DNA from: Candidatus Aminicenantes bacterium
GTDB lineage: Bacteria; Acidobacteriota; Aminicenantia; Aminicenantales; UBA4085
Length of the DNA: 64,000 bases
Direction of reading: 5' to 3'
NCBI GenBank assembly: GCA_026393865.1
Contig: JAPKZI010000010.1
Location: 1,078-65,077 of the forward strand
Under the pieces are notes generated by a model. That model was not told the origin of the DNA. It was given only the letters and a program-made list of their open reading frames with translations, and made no database searches. Below are positions 46,268 to 55,190 of this stretch, one piece after another; position 1 is the first letter of the stretch, and each line of letters starts with the position of its first letter. Made by a program: the position numbers and the translations under genes.

Positions 46268-46759
46268 TTATTTTTCGGCGGAGAGCTTTTGGAACAGGGC
46301 GGTTAAGGCCGCCCTATCCATCATGCCTTCCTGGGCGTATCGGATGATCCCCTTTTTATCTATGACGAACGTCGTCGGGATGGCGCTGATCGGCCCGTAA
46401 TCCTTGAGGATCCTGTCCGTGACCAGGGCGACCGGATAGCTCACCTTATTCTTATCAACGAACGGCCTCAGTTGCCGGGGCGTCATTTCGTCGACCGAAA
46501 CACCGACGATCTCCAGACCTTTGTCCTTGTTCTGGTTGTAAAACTCCACAAAATCAGGGATCTCGGCCCGGCAGGGCGGGCACCAGGTCGCCCAGAAATT
46601 GACCACGACGATCTTGCCCTTCAGCTCGGCCAGGGCCAGCGTTTTTCCATCCAGGCTTTTCAGGGTAAAAGCGGGAGCCGGCTGATTCGGGACGATCGCC
46701 GCGAGCGGCCCGAATCCCGCCGCCAGGGCGATGATGAGGAAGGCGGCCGTTTTCTTCAC
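46268..46759 (-). CDS. TlpA/ResA-like periplasmic thiol-disulfide oxidoreductase
   Basis: Signal peptide. WCPPC active site in NFWATWCPPCRAEIP. Confidence 0.8.
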   Translation of the reverse strand: MKKTAAFLIIALAAGFGPLAAIVPNQPAPAFTLKSLDGKTLALAELKGKIVVVNFWATWCPPCRAEIPDFVEFYNQNKDKGLEIVGVSVDEMTPRQLRPFVDKNKVSYPVALVTDRILKDYGPISAIPTTFVIDKKGIIRYAQEGMMDRAALTALFQKLSAEK

Positions 46760-46823
46760 GGGATCTCCTTCTATGCACTAAATCTTATATATTATATAGG
46801 AACGATAGGAAAAAGCCAAGTCC

Positions 46824-46854
46824 GCAAAAAAGGGGTCCGTATCGTCCGGACCCC
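46824..46854 (-). terminator. Rho-independent terminator after the 2-oxoacid oxidoreductase operon
   Basis: Minus-strand hairpin GGGGTCCG-gacgata-CGGACCCC followed by UUUUUU (the A-run at 46826-46831). Confidence 0.6.
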
Positions 46855-46871
46855 CCGAGCGATGCGATGGA

Positions 46872-47771
46872 TCAGGCGGATTCGCACTTCTTGAGGAGGC
46901 GGGCCCAATTGTGGTCCACCTCCTCCTGCATGAGCTTGATCTGTTCGGGTTTCAGGTGGCGGAACCGCCCCTGGAGCTTTAAGTAATCGTCGATCGGCTT
47001 CTTGTCTTTGATCTTCATGTTCAGCGTGTATTTTTCGCCGTGCTCGACCTCGTAAAGGGGGAAAACGCAGTTCTGGACGACCATCCGTCCGAGCTTCACC
47101 GCGTCTTCGGGCCGGCTCTTCCAGCCCGTCGGGCAGGGCGCGTAGATATGGATGAACCGGGTCCCCTTGATGCTCTTGGCCTTCTTGGTTTTTTTGACCA
47201 CATCCTCGGGATAAGAGATCGAGGCGGTGGCCAGATAGGGGATGCGGTGGGCGGCCATGATGGCGTCGATATCCTTTTTGGGCCGGTCTTTGGGGAATTT
47301 CACGGGCGTCGTCGTCGTCCAGGCGCCCGTCGGCGTGGCCGAGCTCCGCTGGATGCCCGTGTTCATGTAAGCTTCGTTGTCGTAACAGACATAGATGATG
47401 TCGTCGTTGCGCTCGGCCGCGCCGCTGAGGGCCTGCAGGCCGATGTCGAACGTGCCGCCGTCTCCGGCCCAGGCCACGACGGTCGTCTCCAGGTCGCCGA
47501 CCATCTCCAGGCCGGCCTTGACGCCCGTGGCGGTGGACGCGGCCGTTTCGAAGGCGCAATGATAGATGGGGACACTCATGCAGGAATGGGGGAACGCGCC
47601 GTCGATGACGGCCCAGCAGCAGGCAGGAATGCAGAGGACGGTCCTCTGGCCCAAGGCTTTCAAGACGTAGCGCAGGGCGAGATTCGCTCCGCAGCCTTGA
47701 CAGGCGAGGTTCCCCGAGCCGACCAACTCCTCGACGGGCAGGGTCAATGTCATCTTCTTTTCTTTTTTCAT
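46872..47771 (-). CDS. porB: 2-oxoacid:ferredoxin oxidoreductase beta subunit (TPP-binding; Por/Vor-type)
   Basis: MKKEKKMTLTLP...CQGCG...GDGGTFDIG TPP-binding motif. Start taken at the internal Met; the track's 642-aa N-terminal extension is rejected. Confidence 0.85.
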   Translation of the reverse strand: MKKEKKMTLTLPVEELVGSGNLACQGCGANLALRYVLKALGQRTVLCIPACCWAVIDGAFPHSCMSVPIYHCAFETAASTATGVKAGLEMVGDLETTVVAWAGDGGTFDIGLQALSGAAERNDDIIYVCYDNEAYMNTGIQRSSATPTGAWTTTTPVKFPKDRPKKDIDAIMAAHRIPYLATASISYPEDVVKKTKKAKSIKGTRFIHIYAPCPTGWKSRPEDAVKLGRMVVQNCVFPLYEVEHGEKYTLNMKIKDKKPIDDYLKLQGRFRHLKPEQIKLMQEEVDHNWARLLKKCESA

Positions 47772-48922
47772 TTCTTCACTCCGATCCAGATGATCTCCTC
47801 TTCCGGACGGTCGTGGGAGATCGTAAAGTCGACGACCTCCCGGAATGAGGCCGGGGTGATGTCCCGGCCGCCCAGGCCGGCGATGAAGCCGAACACGGGC
47901 TTGCAGTCGCCGTGGCCGTAAATAGCCGACTTCAACTCCTGGGCGAAGATCCCGTGGTGGCCGTAGGAGATGTTCCGGTCGACGACCGCGATCTTCTTGG
48001 CGGATTGCGTCAGGCGCCGGACGATCTCGAAGGGGAACGGCCGGAAAACCTTGATTCGGAGGTTCCCGACCTTGAGCCCGTGATCGCGCATCTCGTCCAC
48101 GGCGACGTGGGCCGTGTATCCGGCCGTCCCCGACGTGACGAGGATGATCTCGGCGTCGTCGCAGAGATAATCGTCCACGAGGCCGAGATAGCGGCCGAAC
48201 TGCTTCTCGTATTCCCGCCCGGTCCGCTCGATCATCTCCAGGACTTTCTCCATGTCCTTCTGGAGTTTGAAGCGCAGCTCCATATAGTGCTCGGGTCCGG
48301 TCAGGCCGCCGAAGGCGCGCGGGTCGTCGGGAGTCACCCGGTAGGGCGGGTTGAAAGGCGGCAGGTACGCGTCGACCTTGGCTTGGTCGGGGATGTCCAC
48401 GACTTCGTAAGTATGCGAGAGGGCGAACGCGTCGAGGACGACCATGCTCGGTATGGCCAGCGCTTCCGAGACCTTGAAGGCCTGGATGACGGTGTCCACA
48501 ACCTCCTGGTTCGAAGCGCAGTAAAACTGGATCCAGCCTGTATCGCGCTGGGAGAGGCTGTCGTTCTGGTCGGTCCAAATGGTCCAGCCCGGAGCCATGG
48601 CCCGGTTGATGTTTCCGAGGACGACCGGCAGCCGGCCGCCGGAGGCCCAGTGGAGCATCTCGTGCATAAGGGCGAGGCCCTGGGACGAGGTAGCGGTGAA
48701 GGCCCTCGCGCCGGCGGCCGAGGCGCCGATGCAGGCGGCCATGGCCGAGTGCTCGGATTCGACCTTGATGAATTTGGCGTTCAGGGTCCCGTCGGCGCAC
48801 ATCTCCGAGAGGAGCTCGACGACCTGCGTCTGGGGGGTGATCGGATAGGCGGCGATCACTTGGGAGCGGGAGAGCATCGCCCCATAGGACAGGGCGTGAT
48901 TGCCCATGATGACTTTCTTCAT
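47768..48922 (-). CDS. porA: 2-oxoacid:ferredoxin oxidoreductase alpha subunit
   Basis: MKKVIMGNHALSYGAMLSRSQVIAAYPITPQT N-terminus. ATGA overlap with the beta-subunit gene. Start trimmed from the track ORF. Confidence 0.85.
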   Translation of the reverse strand: MKKVIMGNHALSYGAMLSRSQVIAAYPITPQTQVVELLSEMCADGTLNAKFIKVESEHSAMAACIGASAAGARAFTATSSQGLALMHEMLHWASGGRLPVVLGNINRAMAPGWTIWTDQNDSLSQRDTGWIQFYCASNQEVVDTVIQAFKVSEALAIPSMVVLDAFALSHTYEVVDIPDQAKVDAYLPPFNPPYRVTPDDPRAFGGLTGPEHYMELRFKLQKDMEKVLEMIERTGREYEKQFGRYLGLVDDYLCDDAEIILVTSGTAGYTAHVAVDEMRDHGLKVGNLRIKVFRPFPFEIVRRLTQSAKKIAVVDRNISYGHHGIFAQELKSAIYGHGDCKPVFGFIAGLGGRDITPASFREVVDFTISHDRPEEEIIWIGVKK

Positions 48923-49218
48923 TTCCGTTCCTCCACCATGACGATGCACTTGGCCGGGCATTCCTCGGCGCAGATGCCGCATCCCTTGCAGTAGTCGTAG
49001 TTGACGACCGGCCACTCGGCCTCGATCTCGATCGACATATCCGGGCAGAACTTCCAGCAGATCCCGCACTGGATGCAGTCCTCGAGCCTGATCTCGGGCC
49101 GGATGTTCCGCCAGGATCCGGTCTTGTTCCAGAGCATATTGCCGATCGACATGGGCATCGTCGGCATGTCCTCCGCGGATTGGAAGACGATCTTTTTGAT
49201 CTCTTTTTTCGGTTTCAT
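48919..49218 (-). CDS. porD: 2-oxoacid:ferredoxin oxidoreductase delta subunit (2x[4Fe-4S] ferredoxin)
   Basis: CIQCGICWKFCP and CKGCGICAEECP clusters. 99 aa. Confidence 0.85.
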   Translation of the reverse strand: MKPKKEIKKIVFQSAEDMPTMPMSIGNMLWNKTGSWRNIRPEIRLEDCIQCGICWKFCPDMSIEIEAEWPVVNYDYCKGCGICAEECPAKCIVMVEERK

Positions 49219-49238
49219 CGGCGTTTTGGTCCTTTCCT

Positions 49239-49781
49239 TCAGGACTTCTCGTAGGCTTCCCGGGCCGCCGTCTGGTTGTCCTGAGGTTTGACGGTGATGG
49301 CGTCCCCGATCGCGGCGAGGAGCGTCTCGAGCTTGGTCAGGTTGAGGATCTTGACGATGGCCCCGGTGATCGCAGTGTTGACGATGGGCGTGGCCAGTGT
49401 GCCCAGCTTGTTCCGGACCGCGATCTCGGTGGCGTTGATCGTGGCCACCTTGAACTTGGCCGGGAACTTGAAGTCGGCCGGTTTCTTGTCGCTGTTGATG
49501 ATGATCCAGCCGCCGTCCTTCAGCCCTTCGGTTACGTCGATGGCCTCGACGAGCGTGGGGTCGACGACGACGACGTGGTCGGGCGCGTAGATCCGGCTTT
49601 TGTCGTAGATCTGTTGGTCGTCGATGCGGATGAAGGAGATAACGGGGGCGCCCCGCCGTTCGACCCCGAACTCGGGATAGGCCTGGACGAAGTTGCCCTC
49701 TTTGGCCAACGCGTCGGCGAGGATCTTCGAGGCCACGACCGTCCCCTGGCCGCCTCGACCGTGGAAACGTATTTCGATCAT
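49239..49781 (-). CDS. porG: 2-oxoacid:ferredoxin oxidoreductase gamma subunit
   Basis: MIEIRFHGRGGQGTVVASKILADA N-terminus, typical of Por gamma. Confidence 0.85.
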   Translation of the reverse strand: MIEIRFHGRGGQGTVVASKILADALAKEGNFVQAYPEFGVERRGAPVISFIRIDDQQIYDKSRIYAPDHVVVVDPTLVEAIDVTEGLKDGGWIIINSDKKPADFKFPAKFKVATINATEIAVRNKLGTLATPIVNTAITGAIVKILNLTKLETLLAAIGDAITVKPQDNQTAAREAYEKS

Positions 49782-49972
49782 GAAGACTCCTTATCGGAAA
49801 GATCGTTCGAATAATCCGAAAGACGGTAGTTTAGATGGCCGGGGAAAAACTGTCAAGCGAGAAGGCCAGGAGGAGTTCCCCCAAAAATTTAGGGTGAAAA
49901 GAGCCATCGCTGACTTGTTCCCGGATATCCACGGCGGCCGGGGCCCCGGGTATTGCCCGGGGGTCCACTTCC

Positions 49973-50006
49973 GCCGTACTCGCCCGTGGATACAAGCCAC
50001 GGGCGA
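49973..50006. other. Perfect 12-bp stem hairpin in the divergent region between the por operon and the FG-GAP gene
   Basis: ACTCGCCCGTGG-atacaagc-CCACGGGCGAGT, followed by a second small hairpin CGAGCC-gaag-GCTCG. Confidence 0.6.
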
Positions 50007-50205
50007 GTGGCGAGCCGAAGGCTCGTCCCTTGACGTTTTGATTCTATCATATCTGTCCGAAGACTTAGGAACTCACTCCATCTACGGACTTACGTCCGGG
50101 GACTTGCGACGATACTCTAAAAAACACAAAATATGACACTTTTTGCTAACAAATGCCGGTATTATTTACAAAAATTGGCAACCTAAAAATTCTTTTAAAA
50201 AAGGC

Positions 50206-50234
50206 TTGACTTGATCAGCATTTGTTCTTATTAA
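50206..50234 (+). promoter_or_regulatory. Putative sigma-70-like promoter in an AT-rich leader
   Basis: TTGACT, 17 nt spacer, TATTAA. Purine-rich RBS (GGAAGAGGAGG) before the ATG at 50280. Confidence 0.35.
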
Positions 50235-50279
50235 TATACTTGTTGAAAAGGATTTAAGAAGGAAGAGGAGGCTGTTAAG

Positions 50280-51437
50280 ATGAAAAAATTTAGTCTATTC
50301 GTCTTGCTCGCGTTTGGGGTTTTGTTCTCTGCAGGGGCGACCTTCGCCGTCCAACAGAGCAGCTTCAATAACGACAAGAAAAGCGACATCCTGTGGCGGA
50401 ACTATTCCACCGGCGAGAATCGGATCTGGTTCCTGGACGGGGCCTCGGTTCTCGGGACCGCTCCCGTGGACGCGGTGACGGATCTGAATTGGGTGATCGT
50501 CGGGACAGGTGATTTCAATAGCGACGACAAGGCCGACATCTTGTGGCGGAACATTATATCGGGCGAGGTCGGCATCTGGCTCATGGACGGGACAACTGGT
50601 GTTGGAAGCGGCAGCTTGGGCGACCTCGATTTGATCTGGCAGATCGCCGGGACCGGTGATTTCAACGGCGACAAAAAGACCGACATCTTGTTTCGGAACA
50701 CCGGCTCGGGCGACGTCAACATCTGGTTGATGGACGGAACAGCCCACACTGGAGACGTGCTCTTGGGCAGTGTTGATCTCAACTGGACGATCGCCGGGAC
50801 CGGTGATTTCAACGGCGACCTCAAGACCGATATCTTGTGGCGGCACACTACCTGGGGCGAGGTCGGCGTCTGGTTCATGGACGGAACAACCTACATTGGA
50901 AGCGTCGGTTTGGGCAACGTCGATTTGATCTGGCAGATCGCCGGGACCGGTGATTTCAATGGCGACGGCAAGACCGACCTCGTGTGGCAGAACACCGGCT
51001 CGGCCATGGTCGACATCTGGCTCATGGACGGGACGACGGTAATTAGCGTCGAACCGCTGCCGGCTGAGGCAGATCGGAATTGGAGGATCAACTATTATAT
51101 ACAAATGGGCGTCACTCCTCCTCCAGCCAAAAAAGTCAAGACTGATTTCAACGGCGACGGCAAGACCGACCTCGTGTTGCGGAACACCGTCACGGGCGAG
51201 GTGGGCATCTGGCTCATGGACGGAACAGCCCACGTCGGAGATGTGAGCTTGGGCAACGTCGATTTGATCTGGCAGATCGCCGGGACCGGTGATTTCAACG
51301 GCGACGACAAGACCGACCTCCTGTGGCGGAATACCGGCTGGGGCGAGGTCGGCATCTGGCTCATGGACGGAACAACGGTCGTTGGCGCCGTGAGCTTGGG
51401 CAACGTCGATTTGATCTGGGAGCTCGTCAGAATCTAG
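50280..51437 (+). CDS. Secreted seven-repeat FG-GAP-like beta-propeller protein
   Basis: Signal peptide. Seven ~50-aa repeats with DFNGD(G/D)KTD(I/L)LWRNT...G(E/D)VGIWLMDGT. Repeat DNA is nearly identical across blades. Confidence 0.7.
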   Translation: MKKFSLFVLLAFGVLFSAGATFAVQQSSFNNDKKSDILWRNYSTGENRIWFLDGASVLGTAPVDAVTDLNWVIVGTGDFNSDDKADILWRNIISGEVGIWLMDGTTGVGSGSLGDLDLIWQIAGTGDFNGDKKTDILFRNTGSGDVNIWLMDGTAHTGDVLLGSVDLNWTIAGTGDFNGDLKTDILWRHTTWGEVGVWFMDGTTYIGSVGLGNVDLIWQIAGTGDFNGDGKTDLVWQNTGSAMVDIWLMDGTTVISVEPLPAEADRNWRINYYIQMGVTPPPAKKVKTDFNGDGKTDLVLRNTVTGEVGIWLMDGTAHVGDVSLGNVDLIWQIAGTGDFNGDDKTDLLWRNTGWGEVGIWLMDGTTVVGAVSLGNVDLIWELVRI

Positions 51438-51498
51438 TCAGCCGCCGGATCGCCTTTACGGGCTTCACCCTTTAAGGCTACTAAAAGTTCGGCTCTTC

Positions 51499-51538
51499 GG
51501 CCGGGGGCGGATCGAAAGATCCTCCCCCGGCTTTTTTA
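51499..51538 (+). terminator. Rho-independent terminator after the FG-GAP gene
   Basis: GCCGGGGGCGGATC-gaaa-GATCCTCCCCCGGC followed by TTTTTT. Confidence 0.7.
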
Positions 51539-51668
51539 TTCCTTAAGAATCCGCCCCGCCCTCCCAGAAAAAGCCTCACCATTTTAGCCGTGGCACTTGA
51601 AACAGGAGACCCCGGCGCTTCCGCCCCTCAAGTCCGCGCCGCGGCGGCTTGTGCAGTTGACCGCCGGA

Positions 51669-53270
51669 TCAAGGTTCTTTGCGGATATAGCATAAGATCA
51701 GGTCGTTGAAGATCGGCTCGGAATGAGAGGTCCACTTTTGCTTCAGATAATCGTCGGAGAGGTACAAGGAGATGTACCCGGGCCAGTCGAGGAGGACATC
51801 GATCTCCTCCCGATCGATGTAAGCATCGATCCTGCCCTTCTTGAGAAAAGCGAAGGCCTGGGGGTCGATCTTTCCGTCCAGGTTGAAGACGTTGGAGTTG
51901 AAGAATCCAAGAACGCCGCTTTGAAAAGCCCCGACCTTATGGGGAGCGGGATATTCCTTCTGAATGAAAGCGGCTGCGATCGACATGCTGTTGCCGATGT
52001 TCCCGGTGTGGAGGCTCACGGCCGCGGCGGCGAAGAAGCACGCGGGAAGAACGACGAGTGCGCATGCCTTCAAGTTGCGTGAGCCGCCTGCAAGCCTCCG
52101 GGCCGCCGCCGCGGCCATGACAGGCAGGGCGACGACGACCAGCGGTACCGCATACCTCGAGTAGAAATGGAGGGGCCAGAAGAATACGATGTAGACGAAC
52201 GGCAGCATAGCGAAGCCGATGGCCCAGATGGCGAGCGTCGTCCGGGTGTCGGCGGACGAGAACGAAGCCGCGGATAAGGGTTTCACCCGCTTCACCCAGA
52301 GGAAGAAGAGAGCAAGCGAGAAGAGAGCGATCAGGACGAAACCCCTCTTCCCGCCGGTGTAGGCCCAGGGGGTGAAGTGGTCTATGAGAAACATGGTCAT
52401 CGAAATGGTTCGTGGCCCAACTGTTTTGGCTGTGACCAGCGCGGCTTGCGCCGATCCCGAGGACGGCATCCAGTGACCACTCACGGACTTAACGTAAAGA
52501 AACCAGGGACTCGCGATCGCCAAGGCCGTGAGACCGGCTGCTAATATCCAAGCGAACGTGGCTCGGCGTTTAGCAAGAAAGAGTCCGACGACGACGGCCA
52601 GAACGACGCCGAAATCAATCCGTGCCAGAATCGCCAGGCCGGCGAGGAGCCCGAAGACCGCGGCCCGCCCTAATCCCGGCTCCCTCGTTCCCGACCAAAC
52701 GAGCGTGAACCGGACGCAGACGGCGGCCAGAATCAGATAGATTCCCGTTTCGAGGCCGTAGGCGAAAAGCCGGAAGAGGGTGAAATTGAATACGGCGAAG
52801 GAAAAGCCGAGAACATAAGCATAGCGATGCGCTTCCGCAGCGGAGCCCAGAATCCCGGCTGCGATTCGCCCGACGAGATGGGCGAACACGAGGAGAAACA
52901 AGGCATTCAACACGAGAAGGGAACGGATAAAAAGCCATTTATCACCGCCCGAGGCTCGGATGGCCATGGCCAGGCCGGCATAGAGGAACGTGCTCAGGGG
53001 TTGGATGCCCGTCGTCGGTTTGTCGAAGTTGTAGACGGCGCCTCGGCCTCCGGCCAGGTTCCAGGCGATCGTCAGCATATAATACGCGTCCTCGCCGACG
53101 GGCTTATCCACGAGAAACGGCATAAGACTATCCGTCCGCATCGAAGCGGGGAAACCGGAATGGGACCCGAAGGACAGGACTAAGCCATAGGCGAGATACA
53201 ACGCGGCCAGAACCACGACCACACGGGACACGCGTTTGCGAAAAAGGACAAGGCGATGAGAAAAGGTCAT
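51669..53270 (-). CDS. Polytopic membrane glycosyltransferase (ArnT/PMT-like, GT39/GT83 family)
   Basis: About 13 predicted TM helices. N-terminal periplasmic-loop region resembling the ArnT/PMT family (DAYY, long hydrophobic segments). Confidence 0.5.
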   Translation of the reverse strand: MTFSHRLVLFRKRVSRVVVVLAALYLAYGLVLSFGSHSGFPASMRTDSLMPFLVDKPVGEDAYYMLTIAWNLAGGRGAVYNFDKPTTGIQPLSTFLYAGLAMAIRASGGDKWLFIRSLLVLNALFLLVFAHLVGRIAAGILGSAAEAHRYAYVLGFSFAVFNFTLFRLFAYGLETGIYLILAAVCVRFTLVWSGTREPGLGRAAVFGLLAGLAILARIDFGVVLAVVVGLFLAKRRATFAWILAAGLTALAIASPWFLYVKSVSGHWMPSSGSAQAALVTAKTVGPRTISMTMFLIDHFTPWAYTGGKRGFVLIALFSLALFFLWVKRVKPLSAASFSSADTRTTLAIWAIGFAMLPFVYIVFFWPLHFYSRYAVPLVVVALPVMAAAAARRLAGGSRNLKACALVVLPACFFAAAAVSLHTGNIGNSMSIAAAFIQKEYPAPHKVGAFQSGVLGFFNSNVFNLDGKIDPQAFAFLKKGRIDAYIDREEIDVLLDWPGYISLYLSDDYLKQKWTSHSEPIFNDLILCYIRKEP

Positions 53271-53316
53271 GCTCTGGAAAATTCTACTTTAAGAAAAGGG
53301 CAAATACAATAGACGC

Positions 53317-53389
53317 CTTCAGCTTTTCAGGACGTAGGACTCGTAAAGCTTCTTCAGCATGGCCGCGTCCGTCTCCCGGCCGGGGCTTT
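53317..53389 (-). pseudogene. Duplicated 3'-terminal fragment (~73 nt) of the TIM-barrel gene at 54327-55190; direct repeat with 54325-54398
   Basis: Near-identical to 54325-54398 (2 mismatches at the 5' edge). Would encode ...[14 protein letters not shown] in the minus frame but has no upstream gene body. Confidence 0.8.
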
Positions 53390-53528
53390 CTTTGGCCGGT
53401 GCGGAAGGGTTTGTTGTCTGAACATGGCTAGAAAGCGCGCGGCGATCGACATGAAAGAATTTTGCTATGCTTTTTCTGGCAACCGAAGAATCGAATATGA
53501 CATTTAAGCTAGCCTTCTCGTCCCTTTG

Positions 53529-54272
53529 TTAGCGATGTATTCTTTTTTTAATAAAGTGATGAAAACGAGGTGTTATTTTTTCCAGCCGTCCGCTCATCCT
53601 GCTGATTGTCCTTTCAATCTCTTTCGCCATCGTCAATTTAACCAATCTGAGCTTATACAGCTCTTTCGCAACATACCAATCCTCACAGAGTTTTATTTGA
53701 GCGACTCTTGAGTAACCATTCCTCTTTAATAGAGAGTGCAGACTTTTCTGAATGTCTTTATTACCGTTGTTATATTCAACTGTTATGGCCCCGAACTTAT
53801 ACGCGTCGAAATCGAAATTCTTGAGGATTTCGTATTCATAGCCCTCGGTATCAATACTCAAATAATCGATATATTTGGGGGCGTCGTTATTGAATAGCAG
53901 GTCATAAAGAGAAATGGTTTTCATCTTATATACCTTAGCTTCCCTAAGATTCTCATTCTTTATGTAACTGCTTAATGTTCTTATGTTTCCGCTCAATAAT
54001 GGATCCTGATCATAATACAGAAAGTCGATTATAGTGTGGCTGTCCGGACCGACCGCTTCTTTTATGCACAAACACGTCCTATTTTTATGGAGATCAAAAA
54101 ATTTATCGCCTGGTTCGACGCAAATCCCCTTCCAATCCAGAAGTTTCTCTAAAGAATAAGTATTGCTGAAGGCTTTGCCGTCATAAGCTCCGATATCCAC
54201 AAAAAAGCCATTCCTTTTTTTGTGGAACAAATCCATAACAAATTTGTCTTGTCCAAACTGGCTATGATACAA
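53529..54272 (-). CDS. FkbM-family SAM-dependent methyltransferase in an AT-rich (~38% GC) cassette
   Basis: MYHSQFGQDKFVMDLFHKKRNGFFVDIGAYDGKAFSNTYSLEK FkbM signature. Strong composition anomaly. TTG start, or ATG 12 codons in. Confidence 0.75.
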   Translation of the reverse strand: MYHSQFGQDKFVMDLFHKKRNGFFVDIGAYDGKAFSNTYSLEKLLDWKGICVEPGDKFFDLHKNRTCLCIKEAVGPDSHTIIDFLYYDQDPLLSGNIRTLSSYIKNENLREAKVYKMKTISLYDLLFNNDAPKYIDYLSIDTEGYEYEILKNFDFDAYKFGAITVEYNNGNKDIQKSLHSLLKRNGYSRVAQIKLCEDWYVAKELYKLRLVKLTMAKEIERTISRMSGRLEKITPRFHHFIKKRIHR

Positions 54273-54326
54273 ATCAATCCCCTTGGCGATTCAACCATAC
54301 GTTTTTCCGCATATGGGAAGGTCCTT

Positions 54327-55190
54327 TCAGCCTTTAAGGACGTAGGACTCGTAAAGCTTCTTCAGCATGGCCGCGTCCGTCTCCCGGCCGGGGCTTTCGC
54401 AGACGATGCGGCCCTCCACCTCAAGGTCTTTCAAGGCCTGGAGCCATTCGTCGTAACGGAAGTCGGAGTCCGGCAGGTTCAGATGCTTGACCTCGCCCTT
54501 CGGGTTATACTCGATCCCGGAAATGTGGATGTGGCTGGTTTTCAGGGCGTTCCGGCCCAGCCGTTTCTCCACCTTTTTCAGGATGCGGTGAAAATCGAGA
54601 TAGGTGTTGGCCTTGCCCTCCCGGGCATGGAGATGGGAAAAGTCGAGGCAGGGGGCGAGCCCGTCGACCTCCTGACAGAGCGAAATGACCTCGTCGAGCG
54701 ACCCGAACTGTGACCGTTTACCCATGGTCTCAATGCGAAGGACCACGGGATTCCGTTCCGCCCGCAGGGAGGAGAGAACTTGGGCCAGTTCCTTTTTGAT
54801 GAGCTCATAGGTCTTTTCGGGCGTCGACAGGCCGTAATAGCCGGCGTGAAAGACGACACAACTTGCGCCGGCCTGCTCCGCGGCCCGGGCCGCCCGCAGG
54901 AGGTGGTCCTGGCTCTGCATCCTCTTGCCCGGCTCGTCGGAATTGAGATTGACATAATAGGGAGCGTGGGCGCTGAGGCGGAGGCCGAGGGCCATCGCCT
55001 TCGCCTTGATCTTGGCCGCGGTGTCGCTCCCGATCTTGACCCCCCGGACGAATTCCATCTCCAAGCAATCCAGCTTCAGCTCATGCAGGTGTTGGAGGGC
55101 TGACAGCGTCGAGGTATGGGGCGAGGAATCGGGCACCCCGGCGGTGCCGAAGAGCAGCTTTCTAACAGCGGGAGGCATCCGGCTCTCCAT
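54327..55190 (-). CDS. Xylose-isomerase-like TIM-barrel protein (sugar-phosphate isomerase/epimerase or AP-endonuclease-2 fold)
   Basis: Conserved metal-binding His/Glu pattern of the TIM-barrel fold ([19 protein letters not shown]). Its 3' end is the source of the direct repeat. Confidence 0.65.
   Translation of the reverse strand: MESRMPPAVRKLLFGTAGVPDSSPHTSTLSALQHLHELKLDCLEMEFVRGVKIGSDTAAKIKAKAMALGLRLSAHAPYYVNLNSDEPGKRMQSQDHLLRAARAAEQAGASCVVFHAGYYGLSTPEKTYELIKKELAQVLSSLRAERNPVVLRIETMGKRSQFGSLDEVISLCQEVDGLAPCLDFSHLHAREGKANTYLDFHRILKKVEKRLGRNALKTSHIHISGIEYNPKGEVKHLNLPDSDFRYDEWLQALKDLEVEGRIVCESPGRETDAAMLKKLYESYVLKG

Noticed and set aside
46872-48800. 642-aa track ORF spanning porB plus an N-terminal extension
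   Set aside because: Only the C-terminal 299 aa, from MKKEKKM at 47771, match the Por beta subunit. The upstream part overlaps porA in another frame and is Arg-rich junk. A similar trim was applied to porA (start at 48922).
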